Shown here: one piece after another, positions 27,834 to 37,883 of the stretch
Layout of the letters: every line of letters starts with the position of its first letter
Position numbering within the stretch: the first letter of the stretch is position 1
Source: Candidatus Heimdallarchaeota archaeon
GTDB taxonomy: Archaea > Asgardarchaeota > Heimdallarchaeia > Heimdallarchaeales > Heimdallarchaeaceae
Assembly (NCBI GenBank): GCA_019057375.1
Contig: DXJF01000011.1
Span: 32,001 to 96,000, forward strand
DNA length: 64,000 nt
Reading direction: 5' to 3'
Position numbers and translations under genes: made by a program
Notes under the pieces: model-generated
Told to the model about the DNA's origin: nothing
Database searches by the model: none
The model's input: the letters and a program-made list of their open reading frames with translations, nothing else

Positions 27834-29693
27834 TTATGTTCTTTTATTTTTGTAAAGTGAGTTATAAATTTGTTTTAATCCTTTTTTGCTTGCCATTGTT
27901 GACCCTATATACCCTGAAAGTATAAACCAAACAATTATTCCAAAGAGAAATGCTAGATAATAACCCAATTTTGTGTATGGTACAAGGAAATATCTTGTTA
28001 TTATTGATCCAAAATAGCTTCCAAACAATATTCCAGGGACTAGTTGCAGTAGTATTGAATTAACATTTATCTTTGAGATCTTCTTTTTCTCGATACCTAG
28101 CTTATACAAAAGTTCATAGTCTTTCTTATAAGTTAAATAATACAAGAATGCAAACACAATAATTTGAAAGGTAAAAATGCAAAATAGAATTATTCCCAGT
28201 ATGTCAAACATATATGAAAAGTTGTCATATTCTTTGATGTTTTCTTCTCTTATTTCGGAAATTTCTCTCATCACGTATCCGTTTGTTTCTACTAAACTTA
28301 CTATTGTTGAATAAGTAGTTGAATTAAGATCTTCTAGCAAGATCAGATTTGGACCATTTGATATGGATTCTGTATTCAATTTGCTTATTGGTACATAGAC
28401 TGTAAAACCTGATGCAAATACATCTAAAGCAACCCCACTTATACCGTACTTACTCGAATTTTCAGTTAGTTCTATTTTCTGCATAGTACTGTTCTCAAAG
28501 ATTAAGTTATCCAGAGAGTCACCTATAACCACTTCACTTGAACCTGGTAAAGAACCCCAGAGCAGCAACTCATCAAAAATACTTGTTTCTTTATATCCTA
28601 TAATTGTGGCATGAAAAGTTCTATTGGATCCTACTTGTACATATCCTTCCGGTGTAACATCTAGGGAAGCAACTTCTTGAACATCCAGTTTCGTAAGGAA
28701 TAGTTTCTTCGCATCAATACCTGTGCCATCTACATCATTAAGAAAACTTATGTCAAATGAATTATTCTTAAAGAAATTAATATCCTCTAGTTCGCTTATG
28801 TATGATTCATTAACATACTCTTGAGCACCAAAATTTGAACTATAAAAATCTATTATTCCTTTTTGACCTATCACATAGGTACTGTCGTAAAATCTATTGT
28901 CTAGATAGTGATTGTACGTTTCTGCTATTGCAACAGGTCCCAGTGCGAAAGATATTGAGGAAAAAGCCAGAAAAAAACTGAATAGAAAACTTGCCAGGAT
29001 CTTTCCTGATCTAAGATAATTCTTACTAGCCAGCTTTTTTACTACTTTAAATTTGCTTAATAACCCGTTAAATTCGAAGATACTCTTATAAGAACTCAGT
29101 CTGCTGGAGGAAACTTCGAAATTTTTCTCTTCAATGAATTTAATTATTGTGTAATGAGATTTCAGATAAGAAATAATAATTATGGCTATATTTGCTCCTA
29201 AGACTGGTATGAACCTAATATGATTAAAGAAGAAACTGAATTTGAATGAATAGAAAATTACCGCTAGTAAGATGAGAGCTAGGATTATACCTAATATTAG
29301 CATAATAATTGAGGTTAAAATTTGATTAAAGATGAAATAACTATATATCCACTTGTTCTTCCCCCCTACGTTTTTCATTATAGCAATATCATCCTTTTGA
29401 CTCATAAACTTCAAATCGATTGATCTTGCTGTGACAACTGCTCCGATAACAATACTTACTACAATAAACAGAATTCCCATTATAGTATAGGATTTGTAAA
29501 AAACACTGTTCACGGACCAATTTAGATAAGGTTTCACTATTGAGAATATGGCAATACTTATCGTTATTGCTGAATATGTTACAATTTGGCTAATGAAAGA
29601 AAACATTGATGCAAGAAATGATCTCTTAAAACCAATCCACGCAAATTTCATTTGACCTATCATAACATCAACTTCTGATACTTTCTTATTCAA
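27834..29693 (-). CDS. ABC transporter permease (FtsX/MacB-like)
   Basis: Two TM bundles around a large extracytoplasmic loop; DIAIMKNVG and YELLYKLG motifs; overlaps ATPase gene. Confidence 0.8.
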   Translation of the reverse strand: MNKKVSEVDVMIGQMKFAWIGFKRSFLASMFSFISQIVTYSAITISIAIFSIVKPYLNWSVNSVFYKSYTIMGILFIVVSIVIGAVVTARSIDLKFMSQKDDIAIMKNVGGKNKWIYSYFIFNQILTSIIMLILGIILALILLAVIFYSFKFSFFFNHIRFIPVLGANIAIIIISYLKSHYTIIKFIEEKNFEVSSSRLSSYKSIFEFNGLLSKFKVVKKLASKNYLRSGKILASFLFSFFLAFSSISFALGPVAIAETYNHYLDNRFYDSTYVIGQKGIIDFYSSNFGAQEYVNESYISELEDINFFKNNSFDISFLNDVDGTGIDAKKLFLTKLDVQEVASLDVTPEGYVQVGSNRTFHATIIGYKETSIFDELLLWGSLPGSSEVVIGDSLDNLIFENSTMQKIELTENSSKYGISGVALDVFASGFTVYVPISKLNTESISNGPNLILLEDLNSTTYSTIVSLVETNGYVMREISEIREENIKEYDNFSYMFDILGIILFCIFTFQIIVFAFLYYLTYKKDYELLYKLGIEKKKISKINVNSILLQLVPGILFGSYFGSIITRYFLVPYTKLGYYLAFLFGIIVWFILSGYIGSTMASKKGLKQIYNSLYKNKRT

Positions 29694-30486
29694 TTGGATC
29701 CAGTAATGCTTCTTCTATGAATATGTCCTCTTTCCCTCTTTCTAGAGAATCTATTGGACGGTATTCAATTTCTTCACCTTTTCTTCTTTCTTCATGTTCT
29801 TCTTCTAGTTCAACTTGTTTCGATCCTACTCTATACACTAACGTTGCAATTTCATTCATCTTTTGATCATGAGAAGAAACAATAACTGTAATGTCTGTTG
29901 TTAAAAAGAGTTCCTCAATTAAATTACAGAGTTCATCTGCAGACTCTCTATCAAGATTTCCTGTTGGTTCATCTAAAATCAGTATATATGGATCATTTGA
30001 TAATGCTCTAGCAATAGCGACTCTCTTCTTTTCCCCCCCACTAAGTTGTACTGGAAAACTATCTTTTCTGTGGTCTATTCCAAGTTTTTTTAATAGTAAG
30101 TCAATTTTTTCCTCTTTACCCTCTACCTCATAACCACACAGTTCTTGAAAGAGTATAATATTCTCTTTTACTGTTAGAGTTGATACCAAGTTATTTTCTT
30201 GAAAAACTATTCCTAGGTAGTTTGATCTAAAGTCTGACTTCTCTTTTTCCGGTATTAAATCAACATACAATCCTGCTACTTGAATTTCTCCTTCATCAGG
30301 GTTCAGTAATCCGGTTAGCAAGTTGATTAGAGTAGTCTTTCCGCTTCCACTTGGACCATAGAAAAGCACTAATTCATTTCTTTCAATATCCAAATTTATC
30401 TTTTCGAAGATCACTATTTCTTCCCAGAACAATTGAAATTTCTTTGAAACATTACTGAATTTCACAATTAAATCCATATGAAGCAA
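29686..30486 (-). CDS. ABC transporter ATP-binding protein (LolD/MacB-like)
   Basis: GPSGSGKTT, LSGGE, ILDEPTGNLD, SSHD. Confidence 0.93.
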   Translation of the reverse strand: MLHMDLIVKFSNVSKKFQLFWEEIVIFEKINLDIERNELVLFYGPSGSGKTTLINLLTGLLNPDEGEIQVAGLYVDLIPEKEKSDFRSNYLGIVFQENNLVSTLTVKENIILFQELCGYEVEGKEEKIDLLLKKLGIDHRKDSFPVQLSGGEKKRVAIARALSNDPYILILDEPTGNLDRESADELCNLIEELFLTTDITVIVSSHDQKMNEIATLVYRVGSKQVELEEEHEERRKGEEIEYRPIDSLERGKEDIFIEEALLDPIE

Positions 30487-30557
30487 CCACTACTAAATCA
30501 TCGTTAAACCTTTATGAAGATATTTATTTTGAGTAATAAGGCTAAGGAATAAAATGA

Positions 30558-30633
30558 TAGCGAAGTTTCGAAGTGAGACTTTCATCCAAGGCTATATGCC
30601 ATAAGTCTAGTCCCACACGAGAAAACTTCGCTG
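30558..30633. other. Structured intergenic element, possible ncRNA or leader
   Basis: TAGCGAAGTTT/AAACTTCGCTG closing stem with nested AGACTT/AAGTCT and GGC/GCC helices. Confidence 0.35.
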
Positions 30634-30708
30634 ATATACTGTAGCTGTTATTCAATATAAATACATCTTTGAGATATACAAAAAGAAGTTTGTATATTGT
30701 TTTTACAA

Positions 30709-31521
30709 TCATACTGTGCTGAAATCTATGTTGATATGGATAACATTCAGAGTTAGATGAAATGTTTCAGGAGCAATAGGATAAACAATATTTTGAGAAA
30801 AATCACTCGTTAATGCAGTCATACTCAAGTCGTCATTCCTATCTCCTAAATCATAAGTTTCTGTTATTTGGCTCTCTTTGGTAATCATAATTTTACTTGC
30901 TGTGTTAATTATGGGGAAATATTCTCCTTGCCCCTCAGCTGTTCTAGTAGTTCTCAAATTAACAATCATGAAATTAATCTCAACTTTGGTATCTGATACC
31001 TTTTCAATATTTAAGTAAGCACTATAGAATAATTTCAAAACCTTATACCCATCGAATGATTGATGGGCAATATTTGTGATTTGTGTGGTTCTATTAATAG
31101 AATAAACAAGTAAGATGGGACTTCCAAAATCATAAATTAAACCGCCAGATCCTTTGAAATTTCCTTCAATTCTGTAAAGAACTTCTCCTGAAGAGTATGA
31201 ATAATTTAGTAGATTATCCCCACCTGAAGTAATTATTAGAAAATTTTCTCGTTCTTCTGTCAAATCTAAGACTCCACTATCTAAATTGTATCTAACCACA
31301 CTTGATGAGTTATCAGGAGCTGAAATTAACCTTTTAATTTCAGAATCAAATGAGAGGAAAGAATTTGTTGCTGTAATCATATCGCTTTCTGTTTGAAATC
31401 TTTCTAGAGACGGAACTATTTGTGAAAAGGCTAGTCCCAAAGCACTTACCATTACAGTGAAAATAACCAGCGTAGATATAATGTTTGATACTCCTCGCTT
31501 TGATCTGATAAGTTTTTTCAT
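30709..31521 (-). CDS. Archaeal type IV pilin-like protein (class III signal peptide)
   Basis: MKKLIRSKRG|VSNIISTLVIFTVMVSALGLAF. Confidence 0.8.
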   Translation of the reverse strand: MKKLIRSKRGVSNIISTLVIFTVMVSALGLAFSQIVPSLERFQTESDMITATNSFLSFDSEIKRLISAPDNSSSVVRYNLDSGVLDLTEERENFLIITSGGDNLLNYSYSSGEVLYRIEGNFKGSGGLIYDFGSPILLVYSINRTTQITNIAHQSFDGYKVLKLFYSAYLNIEKVSDTKVEINFMIVNLRTTRTAEGQGEYFPIINTASKIMITKESQITETYDLGDRNDDLSMTALTSDFSQNIVYPIAPETFHLTLNVIHINIDFSTV

Positions 31522-31584
31522 GTAAGAATAGTTTATTTCTTAGTCTTATTTAATTTTATGGAACTTCTCACTGAAATAATTTCT

Positions 31585-32118
31585 TCATTCTTCTAGTTCA
31601 GATATGGTTAGTGTTACCTTATCCCCTTCTATCTTAACGAGTGAGTTATCAGCTAGAATTGGTAAAATCCTGTTTTTTAAAGTAACTGCTGGAATTGTAG
31701 TTTCCTTATGAAGCTTCTTGAAAGTTGATTCGTGATTTGGTGATGAAGCTAATGCAACAAGAACATCAATATTTTCTTTTTGACTTGGAATCCATTTTAA
31801 TATTACTTTAATTGTGAATATATACCCTTCCCGTTCAAATTCTGATTTTTTGATTTGATCCTTTAATGAGTCACACTAATCTTCTAGTGGTTTGAGTTCA
31901 TCATTTCTCTCTTGTAACTTTCCGCTTCTTTCCTTGAATAAGTATAACTCATTAGTTAGTTCTTTGACTTTCGAATGAATAGATGACAAATTCTCTTCTG
32001 AATCTTGAAACAGAAGAAGCTTTTCTTTTAGTTCATCTATTTGTTCTTCTGTTCTTCTTGATTCTGAGTCAACAATTTAATCAATTTTTTTTAGTAATTC
32101 TCTAATTTCTTCCAACAT
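31585..32118 (-). pseudogene. Coiled-coil + winged-helix gene interrupted by two in-frame stops
   Basis: Single frame of 178 codons with TAA at 32077-32079 and TAG at 31876-31878; C-terminus STFKKLHKETTIPAVTLKNRILPILADNSLVKIEGDKV is wHTH-like. Confidence 0.7.
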
Positions 32119-32260
32119 TAATTCATGTGGAAATATTAGAAGTAAAAAACTTATTGACAAAGAATATCCTGTATTAAACTAGAATTATAGATGTATTATA
32201 TTTGTAATATGTACCTTTACATTTCTTTCCTGAATGCATACTAAACTTTCCATAGTGACC

Positions 32261-33196
32261 TTAGAAGCATTTTACATTTTCACAGTAGTTTCTTATTGCA
32301 ATAACATTATGAAGATACAATTTTTCTATAACAGGCCTTCCAGGATACTCATAATTTTCTAATCTCAATGATCTTAATTTGTCACAAAAGTAACAGTCAC
32401 ATTTAGTTAAAGCATCATCACTAAATCTATGTTTAACAAGATTTTTATCTACAAAGTATAGTTCAGAAGTTAAAGCTCTCGCAATTGTACTATCAAATGA
32501 ATCAATGTTAGCACATCTACCATAACATTTGATCTGATCAAGGTTCACTATTCCAAAAGCATGTAAGAAATTTTCCTTTGTAATTTGTCTAGAATATTTT
32601 ATTGTTTCACAATACAGATTGTTTTTTCTTTTAATTGGTATGAGTCCTCCTCGAGCAAAAATGGTTATCCCATGATCTTTTTCAAAATCATATAAATTAT
32701 CCATAGTTTTACTAGTTACTCCTTGGATTACTCCTATTACCTTGCTCTTTGGAAAGCGGTCTAGAGTTTTTATTACATTTTCTTTCATATTTTTTATTTT
32801 CTTTTTTACTATAGTATCAGAATCCATGGGTAGAATAATTTCATCAGGGACTACTAGTAAATCAGGGTCCATTAATTCATATCCTTCAAGAACATCGTTA
32901 ATTGGCAAAGTGATTTTGGAATAATCTTGATTAAATGATTTTCCCTTAAAAAATTTAAACCATTCCAGCATGAATATTCCTGTATCCGCAAAAATTTTTG
33001 TTTTTTTGGGGAAACCATTTTCTCTCATTAATTCTTTTAATGTCATAGATTTGCTATGTAGATCATATATAATACTATCATTTCTTAATAGGTCAAAAGC
33101 TGTTAATAATATTGATTCAGTGTAATCCCATTCTATGAAAATTGGATCCCAAAACACTGGATTTGATAAAAAGTAGTGCTTTGGGACATATTCCAT
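32261..33196 (-). CDS. Second TGT-family transglycosylase (catalytic domain only)
   Basis: FADTG, PDE, GVIQG, GG, LHAFGI, DSFDS, Zn site CDCYFC...LHNV. Confidence 0.75.
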   Translation of the reverse strand: MEYVPKHYFLSNPVFWDPIFIEWDYTESILLTAFDLLRNDSIIYDLHSKSMTLKELMRENGFPKKTKIFADTGIFMLEWFKFFKGKSFNQDYSKITLPINDVLEGYELMDPDLLVVPDEIILPMDSDTIVKKKIKNMKENVIKTLDRFPKSKVIGVIQGVTSKTMDNLYDFEKDHGITIFARGGLIPIKRKNNLYCETIKYSRQITKENFLHAFGIVNLDQIKCYGRCANIDSFDSTIARALTSELYFVDKNLVKHRFSDDALTKCDCYFCDKLRSLRLENYEYPGRPVIEKLYLHNVIAIRNYCENVKCF

Positions 33197-33595
33197 AACA
33201 TCTCACACAGACAGTTAAACCTGTTTAATACAGATTTTGTATTGCATAATACTGCCTAATTGAATATTTAAAGTTGAGAAAATACCTCTTTCGCCTTCTT
33301 TTATCTAGATACTTACTTATGGTTTGTTTAACTGTTTTTTTCATCTTTCCTAAAATGATATTATTAAGCTGAAAATTTGTTGATAGAATATCACTTTGTA
33401 AAACTCCCGACAAAAAATTTATCTAACTTAGAATGTCGAAATTGAGCGATTACAGAATGAAATTTCACGTTTTTTGTCGGTGTAAAGCGTACTTTTCGAT
33501 AGTTCAGCTGTTTCAGCAGAAAATAATGGTTTAAAAGCTAATTTTTACCGCATCTAGAATAAAAAATACAATAAAAAAACTGTTGAAAAAGTACT

Positions 33596-33811
33596 CTATC
33601 TTCTAATCATTTTGTATATTGAATAAGCTATTCCAAAACTCAGTAAACCAATAGCTGAGTATACAATAGCTGAATAGTTTATTAGAAGTCCTTTGGCTAG
33701 AAGTAGAATCAGAAAGGCAATTGTAGGTATTCCAATAAAACAATTGAGAATAGCAAATTTACTGATTTTCTTTTTCTCCCTTTCATCTTCGTGATCATAG
33801 CTTGGAATCAA
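33596..33811 (-). CDS. Small two-TM membrane protein
   Basis: 71 aa, two hydrophobic segments. Confidence 0.5.
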   Translation of the reverse strand: MIPSYDHEDEREKKKISKFAILNCFIGIPTIAFLILLLAKGLLINYSAIVYSAIGLLSFGIAYSIYKMIRR

Positions 33812-33880
33812 TTATATCAGTATTGCATCTCTTTTATCTTATATATTCCCCACAATTGTTCATACTCTTTGCTTGCTTGA

Positions 33881-35791
33881 TCAACCTTGGAAAAGAAATG
33901 GAGATATAACTTCTGTTCCATACTTTTCCTTGGCTTCCAATAATCTTTGTCGTTGTTGTTCTAACTCATTAAAGAATTCTTCAGGAACATCCTTTTCATT
34001 TTTGAATATTGCATCTATTCTTTCAATTTTCTTTAAGAATTTCTGAATTCTGATAGAGAATTCTGCTACATACCTTTCCTTACCATAATCAAAATCAAAA
34101 GCTTCTTTGAATAAAGCTTTAATATCTTCATATTCTGGAATATGACCTATTGGCGTTTCTATTGCAGAATATTCGCCATGAACTCTCTTTTCTGCCCAAA
34201 GTAACCATATTTTTTTATCAAGAATTTCGTCATAGTATCGTCCCTTTTTATCCTTGAGGAAATAGTTTGTTGAGAATATTTTTGGAACCTTATTTTGTGC
34301 AATTCGTCTTCCAAAACCTAGATGTGCTTCAAGATACTCTCCTAGAGGAACTACTATGAAATCGAGATTAGCCATTGGTTGATGTTTTCTAACACCTGCT
34401 TCCCCTAAAGTTGCAGCTGTTGTTTCAGATTCTACAGAAGCACCAATATAAACACCATGCTCCCAACTGAAAGATTCATAAACTGGAACAGATGTATCGC
34501 TGTCTCTTCCTCCATAAATAATAGCTGAAACCTCTACTCCATTAGGATCATGTAATGCTTCATCAACATTTTCTAACTCCTCTAATCTTATTGTATAACG
34601 AGCATTTGGGTGTGAAAACTTGAATTCCTTTCCTTCCTCATTACAACAGAAACCTGCATGCCATTCACCAAGCTTAGACGAAGTCCAGTTCATTCCAGTA
34701 TCTGGAATAGTTACTTGTTTACCCATACCTAGCCAGTATGATTTTCCTTCTGAAACCAATATATTAGAAAAAATAGTTTCTCTTGGTGTCATTAAGCTGT
34801 TATAGATAACTGGATCATCTTTTGGACTAACATCCTTAATGATTCCAAAAATCCCTCTTTCAATATTGACAGCCCTAACCTCACCACTTTCATAGATTCT
34901 AAGATAAGCAATGTCATCTCCAATAATTGTGTTTCCTGGAACCATTGCTGTGCTTGTTTTTCCACATGCGCTTGGAAAAGCTCCAAGGAAGTAAGTTTTT
35001 CTACTTTTATCTAATGGCCAGATGGCGCTAATGAACATATGTTCAGTTAACCAGTCTTCATGAATTGCTTTGTTTATAGCTAAACGAAGTGCAAGTTTTT
35101 TCAAACCTAAACTGTTTCCAGCATATTGATTGTTAACTGATAGAACTCGATTTTCTTGTAGATCAATGTAAATGCGTCTATTATCAACATTTTTTGTTAC
35201 ATATTTATCTGTTAACTCTCCTGCTGAGTGAATGAAGTAGAAAAAGTCTTCAGAGTCTTCTAATCTTTTAAATTCTTCATAACCTTGTCTATATAGTAAA
35301 TCTTCAGAATGAGCTACGTAAGCTGAATCTGTAATTTGCAAAGCGCAAAGTGAAAATTTTGACTTAGTTGGACCTAGACTGAAGAATCTAATAATAGCAA
35401 TCTTTCCTTCCATTGCTCCGTCCATAATTTCTAAAACTTCTTTTAGTCCTTCGTCACGATCAACTGTATTGATATGTTGACCATATTTTTCCTTCTCTCC
35501 AGCAGGCACTAAAAGTCGTGTATTCTCTTTATCACGAGCTTGATCATAATAACCATCAAAATGTACTGTTTGTCCTTCTAGACCTAATTCTATTTCTTCT
35601 TTATTGTCAATCGCTAATTGACGTACAAAAGCAATATCCTCTAGTGAATCATCTATAACTTTAGCTTTGGTAGGTTTACAGAGAGTAAGATACTCTTCAA
35701 TAACTCTTTCAACTTCAGGGTTTTCTAAAGCTTTAAGCTTTTTCAAATCCTCTTTATCTATCCACTTTTCAAGACTCATTTTACAGTCCAT
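33881..35791 (-). CDS. pckG: Phosphoenolpyruvate carboxykinase (GTP)
   Basis: GAFPSACGKTS, IGDDIAY, HPNARY, GGRDSDT. Confidence 0.95.
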   Translation of the reverse strand: MDCKMSLEKWIDKEDLKKLKALENPEVERVIEEYLTLCKPTKAKVIDDSLEDIAFVRQLAIDNKEEIELGLEGQTVHFDGYYDQARDKENTRLLVPAGEKEKYGQHINTVDRDEGLKEVLEIMDGAMEGKIAIIRFFSLGPTKSKFSLCALQITDSAYVAHSEDLLYRQGYEEFKRLEDSEDFFYFIHSAGELTDKYVTKNVDNRRIYIDLQENRVLSVNNQYAGNSLGLKKLALRLAINKAIHEDWLTEHMFISAIWPLDKSRKTYFLGAFPSACGKTSTAMVPGNTIIGDDIAYLRIYESGEVRAVNIERGIFGIIKDVSPKDDPVIYNSLMTPRETIFSNILVSEGKSYWLGMGKQVTIPDTGMNWTSSKLGEWHAGFCCNEEGKEFKFSHPNARYTIRLEELENVDEALHDPNGVEVSAIIYGGRDSDTSVPVYESFSWEHGVYIGASVESETTAATLGEAGVRKHQPMANLDFIVVPLGEYLEAHLGFGRRIAQNKVPKIFSTNYFLKDKKGRYYDEILDKKIWLLWAEKRVHGEYSAIETPIGHIPEYEDIKALFKEAFDFDYGKERYVAEFSIRIQKFLKKIERIDAIFKNEKDVPEEFFNELEQQRQRLLEAKEKYGTEVISPFLFQG

Positions 35792-35923
35792 CTCCTTTAA
35801 AACTATATAGTTTCCAAATTACCTTCAAATGAATTATGATTATAATTATTCCGCTATGACAACTAAAAAAGAAATTTAAAAAGATGCAATTCTAATTACA
35901 TTTCGAACTTAACTAAGGATTAC

Positions 35924-36469
35924 TTATTCATCCTCAAATAGTTCTTTGTATAATTTCATCGAATGGCTTATTGTCTTAAATGCTTCTTCTTTTGAATCCC
36001 ATCCAACAACTTCAACCTTTTTTCCATGTTCTAATCCTTTATAGGTTTTGAAGAATTCAGCAATTTCGTTCAGGGTGTGAGGGTATACATCATCTAAACA
36101 ATAGACTCCATGGAAGAAAGGATCCTTGGAAGCAACAGCTAAAATTTTGTCGTCGTGTCCTTTCTCATCTTTCATTCGTATAATACCTATAGGTCGAGAA
36201 GTTAGAACACATCCAGTAAATGTGGGTTCAGAGATTAGTACTAGAATATCTAAAGCATCTCCATCTTCAAAGTATGTTTGTGGTATTAATCCGTAATCAC
36301 CGGGAAAATGAACAGCTGAATGTAACACACGATCTAAATATAGAATACCATCTTTACCTAATTCGTACTTGTTTCTGTTATTCTTAGGATTTTCAATGAT
36401 AGCATATACTTCTTCAGGAGGATTAGGTCCTGTTTCAATTTTATGCCAGAGAGAATCATTCTTCATCAT
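35924..36469 (-). CDS. ppa: Soluble inorganic pyrophosphatase
   Basis: NKYE...LDRVL...YG.IPQTY.EDGDALD...DDKI. Confidence 0.95.
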   Translation of the reverse strand: MMKNDSLWHKIETGPNPPEEVYAIIENPKNNRNKYELGKDGILYLDRVLHSAVHFPGDYGLIPQTYFEDGDALDILVLISEPTFTGCVLTSRPIGIIRMKDEKGHDDKILAVASKDPFFHGVYCLDDVYPHTLNEIAEFFKTYKGLEHGKKVEVVGWDSKEEAFKTISHSMKLYKELFEDE

Positions 36470-36610
36470 ATCTTGTCATTTAACTTAAATTGATTTGAGA
36501 TAAAAATCTTGCCAATGATAAGCAATAATTCTTACTTTGGCACATTATTCCTTGGGGCGTTTTAATAGTTTCTTTTAACTATTAGAGTAACCTTTCCTAA
36601 GAGTCGATGT

Positions 36611-36685
36611 ATGATGTACAATGAAAAAAATGACCCGGATGAAGGAGACGGAGACATTCTCCCCCCAGCATGGTCTCCAGGTTAA
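36611..36685 (+). CDS. 24-aa conserved micropeptide, copy 1 (MMYNEKNDPDEGDGDILPPAWSPG)
   Basis: Three copies, identical length, synonymous divergence, conserved ~60-bp upstream element. Confidence 0.75.
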   Translation: MMYNEKNDPDEGDGDILPPAWSPG

Positions 36686-36896
36686 TCCTCCTTCCTTTTT
36701 TGTTTTTACTCACTAAACTGCAATTAAACAACTTCTAAATTGTATTCAATCTTTGTAGATTAAATCAATCGAAGTAAGACTTTATGACTAAAATCTTTCA
36801 TTACTCACTTTATCATTCTTTTCTCTTGACATTTTTTCTTTGGGGTGTTTTAATAGTTTTGTTGAACTAGTAGAGTACCCTTTCCAAGAGTGAGAT

Positions 36897-36971
36897 ATGA
36901 TGTACGAACCAAAATATGATCCTGAAGGCGGAGACGAAGGTATTTTACCACCTATGTGGTTCCCAAACTGA
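36897..36971 (+). CDS. 24-aa conserved micropeptide, copy 2 (MMYEPKYDPEGGDEGILPPMWFPN)
   Basis: As copy 1; SD-like GAGTGA before ATG. Confidence 0.75.
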   Translation: MMYEPKYDPEGGDEGILPPMWFPN

Positions 36972-36976
36972 AAAAA

Positions 36977-37074
36977 TTTTAGTTGATGAACCTCTTTCTA
37001 TAGCTAGCTTCAATATTTTTCTTAACAAGAATTTTTATTGTAAACTAAAATTAGCTGACAATAACTCTCCTAGA
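36977..37074. repeat. 98-bp direct repeat, distal copy of the 23S trailer
   Basis: Identical to 47211-47308 except 2 substitutions; contains 24 of 25 nt of the 23S processing-stem 3' arm. Confidence 0.95.
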
Positions 37075-37151
37075 TAAGGTATTTATTTTTGAGATGATTA
37101 ACGGAAAAAGATAAATTTTGTCTTCTGTACTCTCAGTAACCATCTTAGTAT

Positions 37152-37763
37152 TTAATTCACTTGAGAGATTAATTCTTTTCTTTTAAATATTGAAGTATAT
37201 TTATTTTGAATTCGAGAAGTTGGTTTCCAATCTGAATTGTTATTATGTCCCTTAAAACTACGGTATACTATGCGTTTTCTGCCTTTACCATCAATGAAAT
37301 ATCCATTAAACAATACTTTTCCAAATTTCCAGTCAGTTGAATCTTTTGGGATTATAACTGAAACTATTTGAACATTTCCATTATCGGATTTTATCGGAAA
37401 TGCTTTCTCATCCTCATAATCTAGAGGAGGAGAACTCTCATAAGACGGATAGATTGCAATTTGTATCTGTAATTTAACTAAGATACTTATACTCCCAGGA
37501 TTTTTAAAACTAATACGAAGAAAATGTGTAACAATATCTTCAGAATAACGAGATTGTTTAAGCCCACTTTCTACAAGTTTTATCCAAAATATTGCTAATT
37601 TTGGTTCATTGAATCTAGTTTTTCTTCTTGTATAATATAAGCTAATGAATGATGCTACTAATGCACAAATAGATATAATGTCCAAGCTTTCCATTGTTTT
37701 GAGATCCCTATTTAAATTAATAGCATATATGAAATTTACAAATTGATTGAATGAAAGTAACAT
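37152..37763 (-). CDS. Hypothetical protein with N-terminal TM anchor
   Basis: MESLDIISICALVASFISLYYTRRK (likely true start is this internal Met), beta-rich remainder. Confidence 0.55.
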   Translation of the reverse strand: MLLSFNQFVNFIYAINLNRDLKTMESLDIISICALVASFISLYYTRRKTRFNEPKLAIFWIKLVESGLKQSRYSEDIVTHFLRISFKNPGSISILVKLQIQIAIYPSYESSPPLDYEDEKAFPIKSDNGNVQIVSVIIPKDSTDWKFGKVLFNGYFIDGKGRKRIVYRSFKGHNNNSDWKPTSRIQNKYTSIFKRKELISQVN

Positions 37764-37883
37764 GTTTCAGACAAACAATATATTACTCAAACGTATTTAA
37801 AACCCAAAAAAATTCTACTATAACTAGCTTCAAAATTCACTTAACAACTATTTTTAGTTCACAAAAAATAGTTGTATATTAAC

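Noticed and set aside
31585-32118. Sec/Pyl recoding as explanation of the internal stops
   Set aside because: One stop is TAA, which neither system decodes; TAA and TAG terminate normal genes here
33225-33413. 62-aa ORF upstream of the TGT paralogue
   Set aside because: No motif, low-complexity composition, likely promoter region
1068-34986. Numerous short antisense or nested ORFs within core genes (e.g. 2851-3168, 4927-5253, 11553-11834, 22794-23072)
   Set aside because: Opposite-strand or alternate-frame shadows of well-supported genes
35855-35870. 16-bp match TATGACAACTAAAAAA also at 53020-53035
   Set aside because: Low complexity; matches of this length are expected by chance in AT-rich 64 kb
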